DNA of 64,000 nucleotides from Bilabrum cf. latius (lineage: Eukaryota). The stretch spans positions 1,612,001-1,676,000 of the forward strand of contig OZ237735.1 in the NCBI GenBank assembly GCA_965178125.1, in the 5' to 3' direction. The notes under the pieces are model-generated. The model made no database searches and was not told where the DNA came from. It saw nothing but the letters and a program-made list of their open reading frames with translations. Position numbers and translations under genes: made by a program. Of this stretch, positions 24,801-36,465 are shown piece by piece. Numbering within the stretch: position 1 is the first letter of the stretch; the number at the start of each line of letters is the position of its first letter.

Positions 24801-27800
24801 TTGCGGCTACCTGTCGTGCAGCGATCGGCTGCAGGTCAGCGAGAAGGGTAGGCAGCCAGGCTCCGCAGCAGCTCACTGGCTGGTTTCATGCGGTGGACTG
24901 CCGGTGTGTGCGACGGTCTTCTCGAGGTTCTCAGCTGGCAAATTAGTGACAGCTCGGACCGCCGGAAGCTTGCCAACGGCTTTGTGTCTCGGCTGCGAGG
25001 GCCGTACATCGACGGTGTTCTGGACCCTACCCGCAAGCGTGCCGACGTGCTGCGCCTGGCCGCAGGCAACCGGAACGACCATAAGGTGAGGAGGCGCGGG
25101 TCAGCTGCGGGACACAACCGGTCCTTTGCGGCAGCCAACCGGGCTCTATCCGTGCGAGACGGGGAGCTGTCAGAGGCCGTGGAGGCTCTGGGACAGGTGT
25201 ACCTTGTCATATTCTCAAGCCTGGAGGCAAGGTCGAACCCTTCGAGCCAGCAGTCCCTTTGGCCCGAGGCTGAGCAGCGCTGCCTGGAGCTTTTCTCCCT
25301 GGCGGTTGACGCTGCTCCCTTGGACCGCATCGGCGCCAGCACCTTCCGCTGCGCCGAGTCTCTCCTGACCAAGAGCGCCACTGCATCTGCCAGGCGCAGG
25401 GCGCAGCATGCAATGGCCCTGCTGGGCTGCAGCGCTGTGCAGATGAAGCTAAACGCAATCAGTGCCTGTGGCTGGGACGTGCGCGGCGAGCAGTGGATTA
25501 TAATGGAGAAGGCTAGAGCGAGCTTGCAGCCAGGAGCTGCGTCGGGGGCTGGGACGGACGGGTCCGGAGCAGGCGGGAATGGTGACAGGGCTGCAGAGCC
25601 GATCGAGAGGATTCTATCAAAATCAAGCCGATCCTTTCACTCGCACTCGATCCACTGCATCGGATATCACCTCGCGTGGGCCTGGGTGGCGGCAGAGATG
25701 CACAAGCACGAGCTCGCAACAGTGGGGGAAGACGAGGTATACCTTGCCTACCTGCAGGGTGCCATCAGGACGGTCGGCTTCCTGCTGGCTGACGACAGCA
25801 TCCCGGTGCGGCGGGGCAGCCTGCAGACGATCGGCGAGGTAGAGTTGTACGGGATCTGCGACGATTGCGCCGCGGCTGTCGTTCTCGTGGTTGAATCGGC
25901 GGTGCGGCTCCTCCTCGCCCATGGCAGGGCCGTGCGAGCCGGCATCGTTGAGCCCGACCTATGCCTGTACCACGCTGGCGCGTACAGCTCCAGGCAGAAT
26001 CGCATGCTTGGAGCGGATGCGTACGAGTACTGCGCCCTACGGCTGGCGCACAGACTAGCGAGTCGTGCTGAGACCGCTGCGAAGGAGATGGACCTGGTTG
26101 AGAACAACCGGGATGCTCTGCTCAACGGCTATGGGGCGTCAGACAAGTCGCTATGTCGAGCAAGAAAACGCACGATGGATGACGCCTTGAAGGCTGCCAA
26201 GCGAGTGCAGGCGCTGGGTATAGTACAGCTTGTTGCCCAGATCGACAGCGATGCTTCTACTGAGTCCAAGAGTGGCAGCGAATCGGCTGCACCTGCAAGT
26301 TCCTTGGCTCCTCCGTCAAGCAAGGGGCACAAAGGGGGCGAGGGGCGCCGGGTGCGCATCGGGTCTGTGAGCACGATGGGGTCAAGGGGCCGGTCGAGAT
26401 CAAGGTCCGCTTCCAAGACGGACGAAGCGGGCGATGAGTCGGACGAGCTAAGGTCGGATGAGTCTGACAGCGAGGTGGAGGGGGGCGATGACGAGGGTCT
26501 CAGCGGAGAGAACCCGCTGGCTGGGCGAGGCAGGCGCAAGAAGCTGCGATCGTCGTAGTCGCAGTCAATGTCACAGTCGCAGTCAGCTTCACTGGGATCT
26601 CCGGTGGCGTCGCAGGGACTTGATGACAACAGCCTCCTTGGCCCCCAAACAGCATCTGCCGGCTCTGGTGCCAGTGGCAGTAGTTTCGGGTACGACGGCC
26701 ACTACAGTGCCCCTATGGACAGGGACTTGTCTCCTGGAGAGTACATCTACGCCATGAAACTGCTCTCGGAATGCGTGTTTCGGGAGGTCGCAGTGAGCCA
26801 CTCCTTCGCGGGATTGGCCATGTTCATGGCAGCTGAGATGCAGTTTTCCTCCCCGCAAGGACCCGAGAGCGCCATGCTGATCGCGCAGGCGCACCAGAGG
26901 CAGCAGCTCCGCACCAAGCGACCGCCTCCGATCGTGTACAAGATCGGCAAGCGAATGGAAGTGGGGCTGCACGGCGTCCCCGCCCTGCAACTGTATGCCA
27001 ATCTGTGCCTGGGTACGATCTTCAACATCAAGAACCTGTTTACAAGGGCCCCTGACAAGAACGCGGTCGTGGACTCCATCCACAAGCAGACTGAGCTGGC
27101 GCTGCCGTACCTGTACAGCGTCAGCCGCTTCGTTGGGAACGCCGACCCCGTGGTGCCCCTGTCTCTGTCGGCTGCCGAGTACCGCCTATCTTCCAACCTG
27201 CGCAGGTGCATCGATCCGCACGGGTGCTTTCTGCGAGCCATGGGCCAGTTCGGCAACTACGAGAAGGCGCGCTTGGAGCAGGTGTTTCACCCTCACGGGC
27301 CGCGAGTGATCGGACCCATGGACAGACAGACTTGCACTGATCTCACGAGCGCAGTACCGGTCCGCTTAGCCATCCAGGGCTTGGACGAAGGCGCTGAGCG
27401 TGCGTCTGGCAGGCATGGGGAGCACGGCAAGAAGAGAGCTAGAGCGATCGACGAGGCCTCTGCAGTCAAAGCGGTGGATCTGTCCGTGGGAGAAGCCCCC
27501 GCGAGCACCGCGATCCTCGCAGCAGCTAGCAATGCAGTTTTGTCCGAGTCTGCCGTGGCGTATAATGCAGCGGTTGCGTTCGCGCGTGAGCAGATCGATT
27601 CCCTGTCAGACGAGGAGCTGCTCCTCTTGAGCGAGTGGGCGGAATCGTGCGACGGTCCAGCCGTGTCTGGCATGACTGACGAGGCGAGGAGGAAGGAGGT
27701 CGAGTTTAATAGAGGCAGGCTCCTGCAGCAGGCAGGCATGCTTGACCTGGCAGTAGAGGCTTACTACAGAGCCATGGAGACCAGGGGGGAGCTGAACCCG

Positions 27801-28442
27801 CAGCAAGTCGAAAGAGGGGATGACGTTGAAACCGGAAGGGGCAAAGCGACGCCTGCAAGCGCAAAGCGTCGGCCCGCAGATCCACGCTTGTCGGCCTAGT
27901 ATGACGTTGGCAAGGAGGCCGCGCTCAACCTCTGCTAGCTGTACATCCACGCCGGGAATCACGACATGGCGAACAGGATCATGGCGGAACACCTCACCTT
28001 TGACTACGAGGACGATGCCGAGGAGTGGGATCCAGTGGAGCAGGTCAGGTATGCCGATATTGGGCCTAATTGCGAGTTAACGGGCGCTGAGTTGCGAGGG
28101 GGCGCGGCTGCCAAGACTGGAGGTCCCGGTGTTTCTCTTGGACGGAGCCCCCTCTTTCCCACAGTGCAGGCTGTGGTAGCTGATTCCGTGCCGGCGAGGA
28201 GCGGTGATGGGTCGTTGGCCTGGGCCGGCCACGCATGGGGCGGGCACAGCCCCATGTGGGGACCTGCCGGGGAGGCCATGTTCGGGCGGAGCGTGGTCGG
28301 GGCGGCTGGCGCAGCTGCGCGCGCCGTAGCTGTCGCGGTTGACGAGGTGAATAACGACGACGATGGACACTACGTAGCGCCAAGGCTTGGGGTAGGATGG
28401 CACACATGGTTTTCTGCGAACAGCAATGGCAAGTAGGGCTGA
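21830..28442 (+). CDS. TFIIIC TPR subunit-like protein (GTF3C3/Tfc4 C-terminal similarity), ~2140 aa; proposed exons 21830-22197, 22294-22426, 22521-28442
   Basis: ORF pieces 22620, 23391, 24888, 26568 and 27966 share a frame and are joined by TAG. The C-terminus EVEFNRGRLLQQAGMLDLAVEAYYRAM..DVGKEAALNLC*LYIHAGNHDMANRIMAEHLTF resembles the Tfc4 end. The 5' exons and start codon (21830 or 21773) are tentative. Ends TGA at 28440. Confidence 0.65.
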
Positions 28443-28553
28443 CTGGGGGACTAATTCGAGGTGGTGGGCCGCTGGAAGATGAGTTTTTGTTGTGAGGAGG
28501 CAAAAGTGGCTTGCAACCGTCTCAGAATACTACTGCGTATGCAAAAAACCAAA

Positions 28554-31500
28554 TCACCGCAGCACTGTCACCCCTCGAACCAAGCTGCCCGCATTTCGCT
28601 GGATTGCGGCAGCAATCTCCATTCTCTGCATGGGCCTCTCTGCCGTCCCGACCGCCCTGCTGCCGTTGATCGCTACGGCATCGTTGCCGTACATATCAGC
28701 CACAATCACCTAGTTGTCGTCAGCGGAGTCTGACTTGCGAGCCGCGGCCCGAAGCAACCGGACCAGCCGGTCGGCTGTGGCTCCAAACCGCAGCTGCTGC
28801 CTCACAGACCCCTTGCCAGAGGCTGCCTTCGCAGACGCAAACACCTCGAGCTTGCTGGTGATGGCACTTGCAGGCGCACCTGGAGCAGCCTTGCCGATCT
28901 GCTCCTGCGCTGGTAGCATGGCAGCAGATACGATGCCACGAAGCGACTCCGGTGGCAGCGTCCCTGCAAAGCACTCGAAGAGCTTGAAGTTGTCCCCACG
29001 ATACACATTGGCCGACAGCCTCGAAGCCAGGATAGGTGCGGGGATCCGGGACGGCGGTGAGGCGTGAAAGCCGTCTCGGCGGGGCAGCGCATCCCCGTTG
29101 AATTCCACCAGTATCTCTCCCTCTGAGGCTGCGCCGTCGGAAGGCTTGAACAGCGCTCGCCAACCAGCGCACGAGGCCCTATAACCGCTGCCACCCGAGA
29201 CAGATACAGCGTCAAGGTTGTCCCAATCGGACAAAATTGTCCCGGCTCCCTCATGCCCGATGGCACCACTCTTTGCATCTGCACTTGCCCCACTCGCGGC
29301 AAGCTGCATGGACCAGTCATCGGTCGCTGCAGCTCCAGACTGACCGAGGCACGGCACTGGCCTATATCCACCCGAGCCCACCTCTTCGCCTTGGCTTGCC
29401 AGCCTCGCTCTCGTGCTCATGCATGTTGCCACCACACCGGCGTGGGCCGCCCGACTGCCGTCCTTGGCCACCAGCACCGCCGCGCTCGCTGCGCCATCTG
29501 CCTGCCTGAGCGCACTCTGGTACATACGACTAGTTTCCAGCAACACTTTGGCCCGGGACTCGGCGGACACGGGCTCGGTGGCAAGGTGCTGCTTGACCTG
29601 GCGCTCCACGCGCCCCGTGATCTTCCGAGCTACCTGTGCTGACGCCCCGCTGGCCGCCACGACCGCCTCCACTGCTTCTTGTACCGCTTCCGTCTTTGGT
29701 CCATGCATTCTCAGGCTGGCATCTAGCGTGGTGCTCTGGGCCTCTGCAGCCGAGGCCGCTTGCCAAAGCACAGAGGGGTCCATGCAGGAGCGCCAAGAGC
29801 GCAGCAGCAGGCCGTGCGATAGCTTTGCCGCTACCACCACACGGTTCCATTCCTGCGGACCGGGAGAAGACGCCGTCCAGTACGGCCGCATCGTTCCGTC
29901 ACTGCACACGTCCTCTGGAGTGACAAGGAACACGGGACACTTCGACATGCGGGCTAGCCCGCTGCCAACCGGGGAGTCGCCGTGCTCTGCAGCAAGGCGG
30001 TTGAGGGCCGTGATGTACCGAGCTCGCGCACGTCCTAGTCCTCGCTTCGTGTCTAGAGCCGCTGACGAGTCTATGTCCACGAATAGGGCCTCTCTGGCCC
30101 AGTCGAACGTCGCGATCAGTCGCAGCACGCGAAGAAACGCTCCCGATGCCGTAGACGGCGGGAGGAAGGGCCTGGGCTCTGTGTACACAGATGCAACTAG
30201 CAGCTCGACGGCTTCAAGAGGCATGCACTGCTCGGCCCCGATCGATGCCAGCCACTGCTGAAGAAGCCGCACGGCTCCTACAAACCCTGGAGTGCGCAAG
30301 ATGAACGCCTGCACCTGAGCCGCGTGCCTCGGACGCCTGTAGCCCACCATCTCCAGGAATGCCGCCCGGCCCAGCGCATCCTCCACGGACATCATCTTGA
30401 TCTTGGTGGGCAGTCCGCCGGGGGTGATGGCGTACCCGTTTTCGTCGGTTGTGATCCGGTCTCGGAGCTCTGTCTTGGCCACTGCGCCCTTTCCGCTGCT
30501 CGAGATCACGCTGAAGCTCGCTCCTGATGCAACTCGCTTCTTCTGATTCCGTGGCTCAGGCACCGCTACCGTGGATTGCGAGTCATACGAGTCCACATCA
30601 AGCAACTGCGAAGTATCCACGATTCCGGCTGGGCTAGCACCGCGCTCGAGAGCGCGCGCATCCACAGCACCGGTGAAGCTGGGCTGCGCGATCCTGCGCA
30701 GCACCGCAATTTCCCGATCGAGGTGAATCCTGCAACGGAAGGCGTACCCATCCACAAGTACCATGAGGTGGTCTTTCGCGGCCCGAGCCATGAGCCCACC
30801 CTGCTGTCCAGCCCCCTTCTCCTTGTTCCTACCGGCCACGCCGTACTCTCGCTCAAGGTGCCTACCGATCTGAAGGTAAAAGGCCGTCTTGGTGGCAGCG
30901 ATGGCGGCGGGGTCCAGAGGCCACTGCGAGCTGTCCTCGAGGTTCAGCACCACGTCAGTCACTTCCACAGCTGCGCTGGCCATCGGCGTGGACAGCAGCA
31001 CCTTTTCTACGCTACCACTCGTCCCCGCCCCACCGATGGACCTCGCCGCAGCGATCACCTTGGCTACCATGGGGTCACCCTTGCCCTTTCCTTTGCTCTT
31101 TTTCTTGCCCTTCAGCACGGCTCCTGCCTCCGCTGATTCAGTATCAAGACCCTCATCTGCGGCATCCTCGTTGTCCGCCGGGGAACCGAGCAGCTGGCTC
31201 CCTGCCGCTTTTGCCACCTTGCTAGCGGGCCCCAGCCACGGCTCAAGTGCCGCCCGTTCCGCAGTGGCAGCGCCTGCAAGTGGATGAGGCGCGATCGGCA
31301 GCCGCAAAGTGCCCCTGGGCCCCGCCCCACTGCCTATCACAGAGGCTACCCTGAGACTTAGCCTCTCGGCAATTTCAGCCACGCTCATTCGGAGTCGATC
31401 AAGAGCCCGCCCGCAGGCCTGGCTTGCTGCGGCGCTCGAAGTCGCCCAAGACGTGCACTCGTGCCCCTTGCCAGTGGCAGCGGCAAACGGAAGCTGAGCC

Positions 31501-34331
31501 CTCTCCAGCGTCGCCTCGAGCGGCAGACCAGGGGTGATCACACCGTCCGCAGGCACAGACAGGTGCACCCGTAGCAGGTGGGATAGCGCCCTGTGGTAGA
31601 GACCCTGCTGGGCCCGCAAGGGGGCCGGGAACGCGGCGCACTCCACGATGGAGCCGTCCTTAAACCTGCGAAGCTCAGCCTTGGGACCCCAGATCTGCCT
31701 GAACCTGGCTGCTCCTGGCTTGTCGTCTGCCGACGGGCCGCGGATGACATTCGATGTGCTCTCCTTTGCATCCAGGTTGACGCACAGCCAAATGCCCTGG
31801 GCCACCGGCGGCGCTTCGTCAAGGCCCCATTCGAGCCTCGAGGGGGCACAAAACCCGCACTCCCTCGCGTTCTGCTCGCGTGCCCTGACTGCGTCAGCAG
31901 GCGAAAAGCCAGCACTCTCCGAGTCTGCGGCGACTGCAGTCTCCTGGCGGTAGGCAGGCAGGACGCGCATGCCCTTGATCCATTTCCCGAGGCCAGCATG
32001 AACGACGCGGCCGACGCGCTCCCGGAACGTTTCCGGCCACAGCTAGTCTGTCAAGGTGTCGGCATCTGCAGCTGCGACGTGGTGCCAGATCATCGTCTCC
32101 TGGTCCCCTGCCAGCCGCTCCGTCTTAGAGGGCCCGTGCCTGGGGCCGCCCCCCTTGATCTTCTTGCGCCTAGGGGTTGCGATTCCTGCCTGTTTGATGA
32201 TCTCCGCGGCCACCTCGAAGGGAGAAGGGGGGATCATCACGCCAGATACACGGTCGTACCTCTCCGACGGCGAGGCAAGCTCTCCGAATACCAGCCTGAC
32301 GGCGTCCTCGGGTGCCGTTGTGAGCATGGTGTGGATGCAGGGGGGAAGGGCTTCGCGGGCGTCCTTCGCTGCGGCAATCTCAGCCAGTGCAATCTGTCTT
32401 GCGGCGCGGTCTGACTTCGATAGTGCTCTGCCCTCCGCCCCGGCCCTGTTGCCCTCCTCGTCCTGCATCTCAAACTGGCCTCTTCGTGCCTGCTGCGCCG
32501 CCTCCACCACGCTCTGCTTGGAAGACCGCTGCACGACCTCCCAGCAGCCGGTAGCCATTGCGGCGTCACGAAGAGATGCCCCGTTGATAGCGGTCAGCGC
32601 CAGGCTGGCCTCCCTTCTCAACTCATCCCAGGCGTCCAGCGATACCAGAGCGGCAAGATTCACGCGACCGGACGGGCTGAGGATTACTACCTTGCTATGC
32701 TTCAGGTGGTCTCGCACCTGGTCGGCCGTGGCTACCTGAATCGAGCCCTCTCCCACGCCTCTGCTCGCCGCCCCGTTCTCCTCGTCTTCGTCCTCGTCGC
32801 TGTCGAAATCGCTGCTCTCGTCCCCCGACTCCTCCCCCGCACCGGCGCTTCCGTCGCTGCCCGCCGAACTGTCGTCTCCTGAGGAACTGTCACCAGACTC
32901 GCCCACGGCCCCTGCACTGCCGCCTTCCACCCTGCGTCGCTTCTTCGCGTGCCCAGCATTCGCACTGTCTTCTTTTTCTTCTTCTTCTTCTTCTTCATCA
33001 ACGCTTTCGCTGCCTTCCTCGTCATCGTCCTCGTCAGAGCTGGCATCCTCGTCAGAATCCTCCGCCTCACCCTCTGAATCATCCTCATCATCACTGGAGC
33101 CACCTGCACCTGCTGGTGCTAGCAGCATCGGCTTTCCGGGGCCTGCCTATCCTGACGCAAGGAATCGAAACACCGCCCGCAGGCACACAAGCAGCGGGCT
33201 ATCCCTCGAGATTATGCCTTTCTGCGCCAAGAACGCAACAATGGCAGCAAGCAGGGGGCTAGAGATGCCGTCGCTCGACCTCCCTAGCCCCCTCCGCCTA
33301 GACCAATCCTTTAGAATGACAAGGGCCTCTAGGGCACCCCGATGGCCGCCCAGCGCGCCGTGCAGCGCACGAAGGACAGCCACGTGCTCCGAGTCCTGGC
33401 GAACCCGGAAGTTGTACCGGGGCGTGGCTACCTGCGCCCTCCCAAAATGGCCGCGCCTCGTGTGATTATTGATTCCGGGTTCTAGCAGCTGGTCGGGCAT
33501 GGCCTGTGCCGAGTACCCGACCATGACCCTGACCCTGAGTCCCGCGAGCTGGGCGGGAAGCCCGGCGGCGACTCCCTCCCTGGCCCGGCCTGCGGCGGCT
33601 GCCGAGGATGATGAGGATGATGACACGCTCTCTGAGCCGATGTCGGCACCAGGTACCTCCGACCAGTTCGGTGTGACAATGAGTGCAGGCCTGAGCACGT
33701 CATGCTGCACGGCTTCTGCTCGCACACTGGCGACGAAGGACTGGGAGGCGAGCACACTTGCGATCCGGCGCATGTAGAGGACTTTCTTGTCGTGATACTA
33801 GTACTGCCGGTGGTCTCCCTTGGAGAAGCAACTGTCTGGCATTCGGACGGAGAGATCAATGGTCGGCTCCGCTTGCAGCATAGTGTCGAGCATGAATGAG
33901 CCGGCGACGGCGACTTCTGTCGGCGTGTCGAAGCGCATGGATACCAACTATTGCGTCGATGAGCGTAGCATCAGTCCAGCACAAGCATCTGATGTGTGGT
34001 CAATCTGCGGATGAAAGCAGATTCGGAAAGAAGGAGGCGATGTGATAGCTTCGAGCACCTGTCGCTGGTGAGCCGCTGCATAATTTCATACTCCGAGGGC
34101 TAAACTTACCGTCGCAGCGGGAATTGATTCAATGGTCTATTTCAGTCCAAAGAGTAGGTCTCTGATCACAGCCTTCGATTTCTTGGAGAACCGCAGACGA
34201 ATCGCAGCAACCGCGTCTTGCAGCGCTTCGGCAAGTGCAGACGATGTGCCACTCCTATTCTTCGCTTGAAACTTTGCCCATGCCGGCGTTGATACTGTTG
34301 ATTTACTGATACCGCCACGTGATCGCTTCAT
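28554..34331 (-). CDS. NOL6: Nucleolar protein NOL6/Utp22 (Nrap family), ~1890 aa; intron 34005-34109
   Basis: VAVAGSFMLDT..IDLSVRMPDSCF..Y*YHDKKVLY, ATPRYN, ILKDWSRRRG, RGPSADD..FRQIWGPKAELRRFKDGSIVEC, LEDSSQWP..AIAATKTAFYLQI, EAVELLVASVY..FLRVLRLIATFDW. Six in-frame TAG; ends TGA at 28554. Confidence 0.92.
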
Positions 34332-34851
34332 GACGACGCTACGTTGAAGTATTGAGCGTCTGCGGTCAATGCGGGAACAACCTTAAAAACGAACCCGCAC
34401 CGAATATTCTTCGCGTGAGCCATGCGGCATGGCCCATGCCATTCCCGGTACTGTGCAGATTACCAGAACGATTGCTTGCCACCTCGACGAGGACTTGCCA
34501 CTTGCAGAGCTACGACGGAGTATATTGCCACAGCTCAGCCCAGGACCTCTGGCTAGAAGGCCGCAGTGCTGCTCACCGACGCTGCGACCAACCAGCTCGA
34601 CGAGGCGCAGAATTAGCCCCACCAACGACCGTAACAACATGAAAATACATGCTAGTGTGGCCTAGATACCCTGAATGTAGACTAGACATACCGAGATTTT
34701 AGCTCCACAGCATTGCAAAGCCAAGGGAAAGCGCAAGCGATGGGGAGCAGCAACTGCCCCAGACAGTACGACCGGAGCCAGTGAGGCATTATCAAGGACA
34801 GTTGAACTTCGCAAACTTTATCACCCAATTACACCCCTAATACGGTGAACC

Positions 34852-36344
34852 ATGGCCGCTAGGTGGCTGAGGAATCGATTTAGTCGAGTGGCTGCAACTT
34901 CAGCTCTCATGGCCAACTTCTTCCTGCCAAGAGTCTTGATTGACGCTGCCCCTGCCAAATGGAGAGTAAGACGAATTTAATGCGATTGAGTTCACTTTCC
35001 AAGCTAGTGAGCACGCTCTATCGTGCGGAAACATCTCTACCGATAGAACTGTTGCGCGTATTCAATTGCTGCGTTCATTTCGCAGGACGCTGCTGCACCG
35101 CTCGAGGTCGAAGCAGCTAGCTCCGCCCCTGGGATGAAGCACGTATCATTCGCCCAGTATGCCGCCAATGCGCCGATTGAAGATAGAATGGTCGTTGCAC
35201 GAAGAGACAGCAGGGTGTACGCTGCTGTTTTCGATGGTCATGGCGGCTGGCAGGTCTCGGACTTCGCATCTCGCCGCATCGTGGACGCAGCCGAACACAA
35301 ATTTGAAGCCGAGGGAAAAGCTTCCAGGGGAGCCAGCGCAACGATGAGCAGCGGTGTCGATGCTTCGCACGCTACAGTCGGGGGTGGCACTGGAGCATCT
35401 TCCAAAGTGCTCTCTCAAGTGTTTGAGGAGCTTGACGACGAGTACGCGGACATTGTCCTGCCTGCCTTCCGCCAAGGCTTCTCTGGTGTCAATCGAGTGG
35501 GATCCTGCGCCATCGCAGCTATTGTTGAGGATGATGCCAAGGCTCTGACTATAGCAAATGGTAAGTGCCAGGGCGCTTGAGTCGAAGGACATGTGCTGCC
35601 AACTCGAGACCAGTCGCTCGCTCCGAGTGTCAAGCTAGTTACTCACCCGCACGCCATTCAGTGCATGTATCCTTCCCTCTCTCTCTTTTCACAGCTGGTG
35701 ACTGCCGTGCCGTTCTGGGTCGAAAAGACGCAGCAAGCGGCAAGGTGCGTGCCATCGCGCTGACGAGAGACCACAACGCGAGGGAATCCGAGGAGCAGGA
35801 GAGGCTCGCCAAGGAGCACCCCGGGGAGCCCGACATCGTCAGGTGCAGGCCCAACAATCCCGATGCGTGCTACGTCAAGGGCTTCTTGCAGCCCACGAGG
35901 GCACTGGGAGACCTGTCCATGAAGAGGGCAGAGTTCAACGACACGGGGATCGATGGGATGAGGGGGCAGCCTACCAAGCACAACGGGAGGTTTTTCCGGG
36001 GCAAGTCGTACACACCGCCCTACATTAGCGCCACGCCCACCATCACCGAAGTGAAGCTGGCAGGGTCCCGGTCCGGAGAGGATGGCAAGGAGCACGACGA
36101 GTTCTTGATTCTGGCGACAGATGGGCTCTGGGACGAGCTCAGCAGCGATGAGGCCGTGTAGTTCGTGGCCAACGACCAGGGCCCACCCGACTCGTGCGCT
36201 GGCAGGCTGGTCACACACGCCCTCGCAGTAGCTGCACAGTCCCAAAGGATGACCCTGTCTAGCTTGCAGCAAGTGCCGCCGGGGCCAAGGGGCCGCAGGA
36301 GGCTGCACGATGATATCACCGCGGTGGTGCTGTGGTTCCAGTGA
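34852..36344 (+). CDS. PP2C/PPM phosphatase (PDP/clade-D-like, probable presequence), ~412 aa; exons 34852-34965, 35086-35560, 35695-36344
   Basis: ANAPIEDR, AVFDGHGG, VGSCA, spliced AN|AGDCRAVLG, LTRDHN, LQPTRALGD, FLILATDGLWD, and after the TAG at 36159, RRRLHDDITAVVLWF. Both introns are GTAAG..CAG and phase-consistent. Confidence 0.93.
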
Positions 36345-36465
36345 GCTATACTTTACACCCTGTCAACTGAGCTACCCAAATCATCTAATGCTACAATGCT
36401 ACATATCACAAACAATCGCCACGTTGCTATGCAACCCGGCGCTATACCCCTCCACCCGTATTCAT

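Noticed and set aside
34352-34700. Short ORFs between NOL6 and PP2C, including a ~70-codon TAG-containing frame from 34422
   Set aside because: No motif or coding bias I can support; more likely promoter/UTR.
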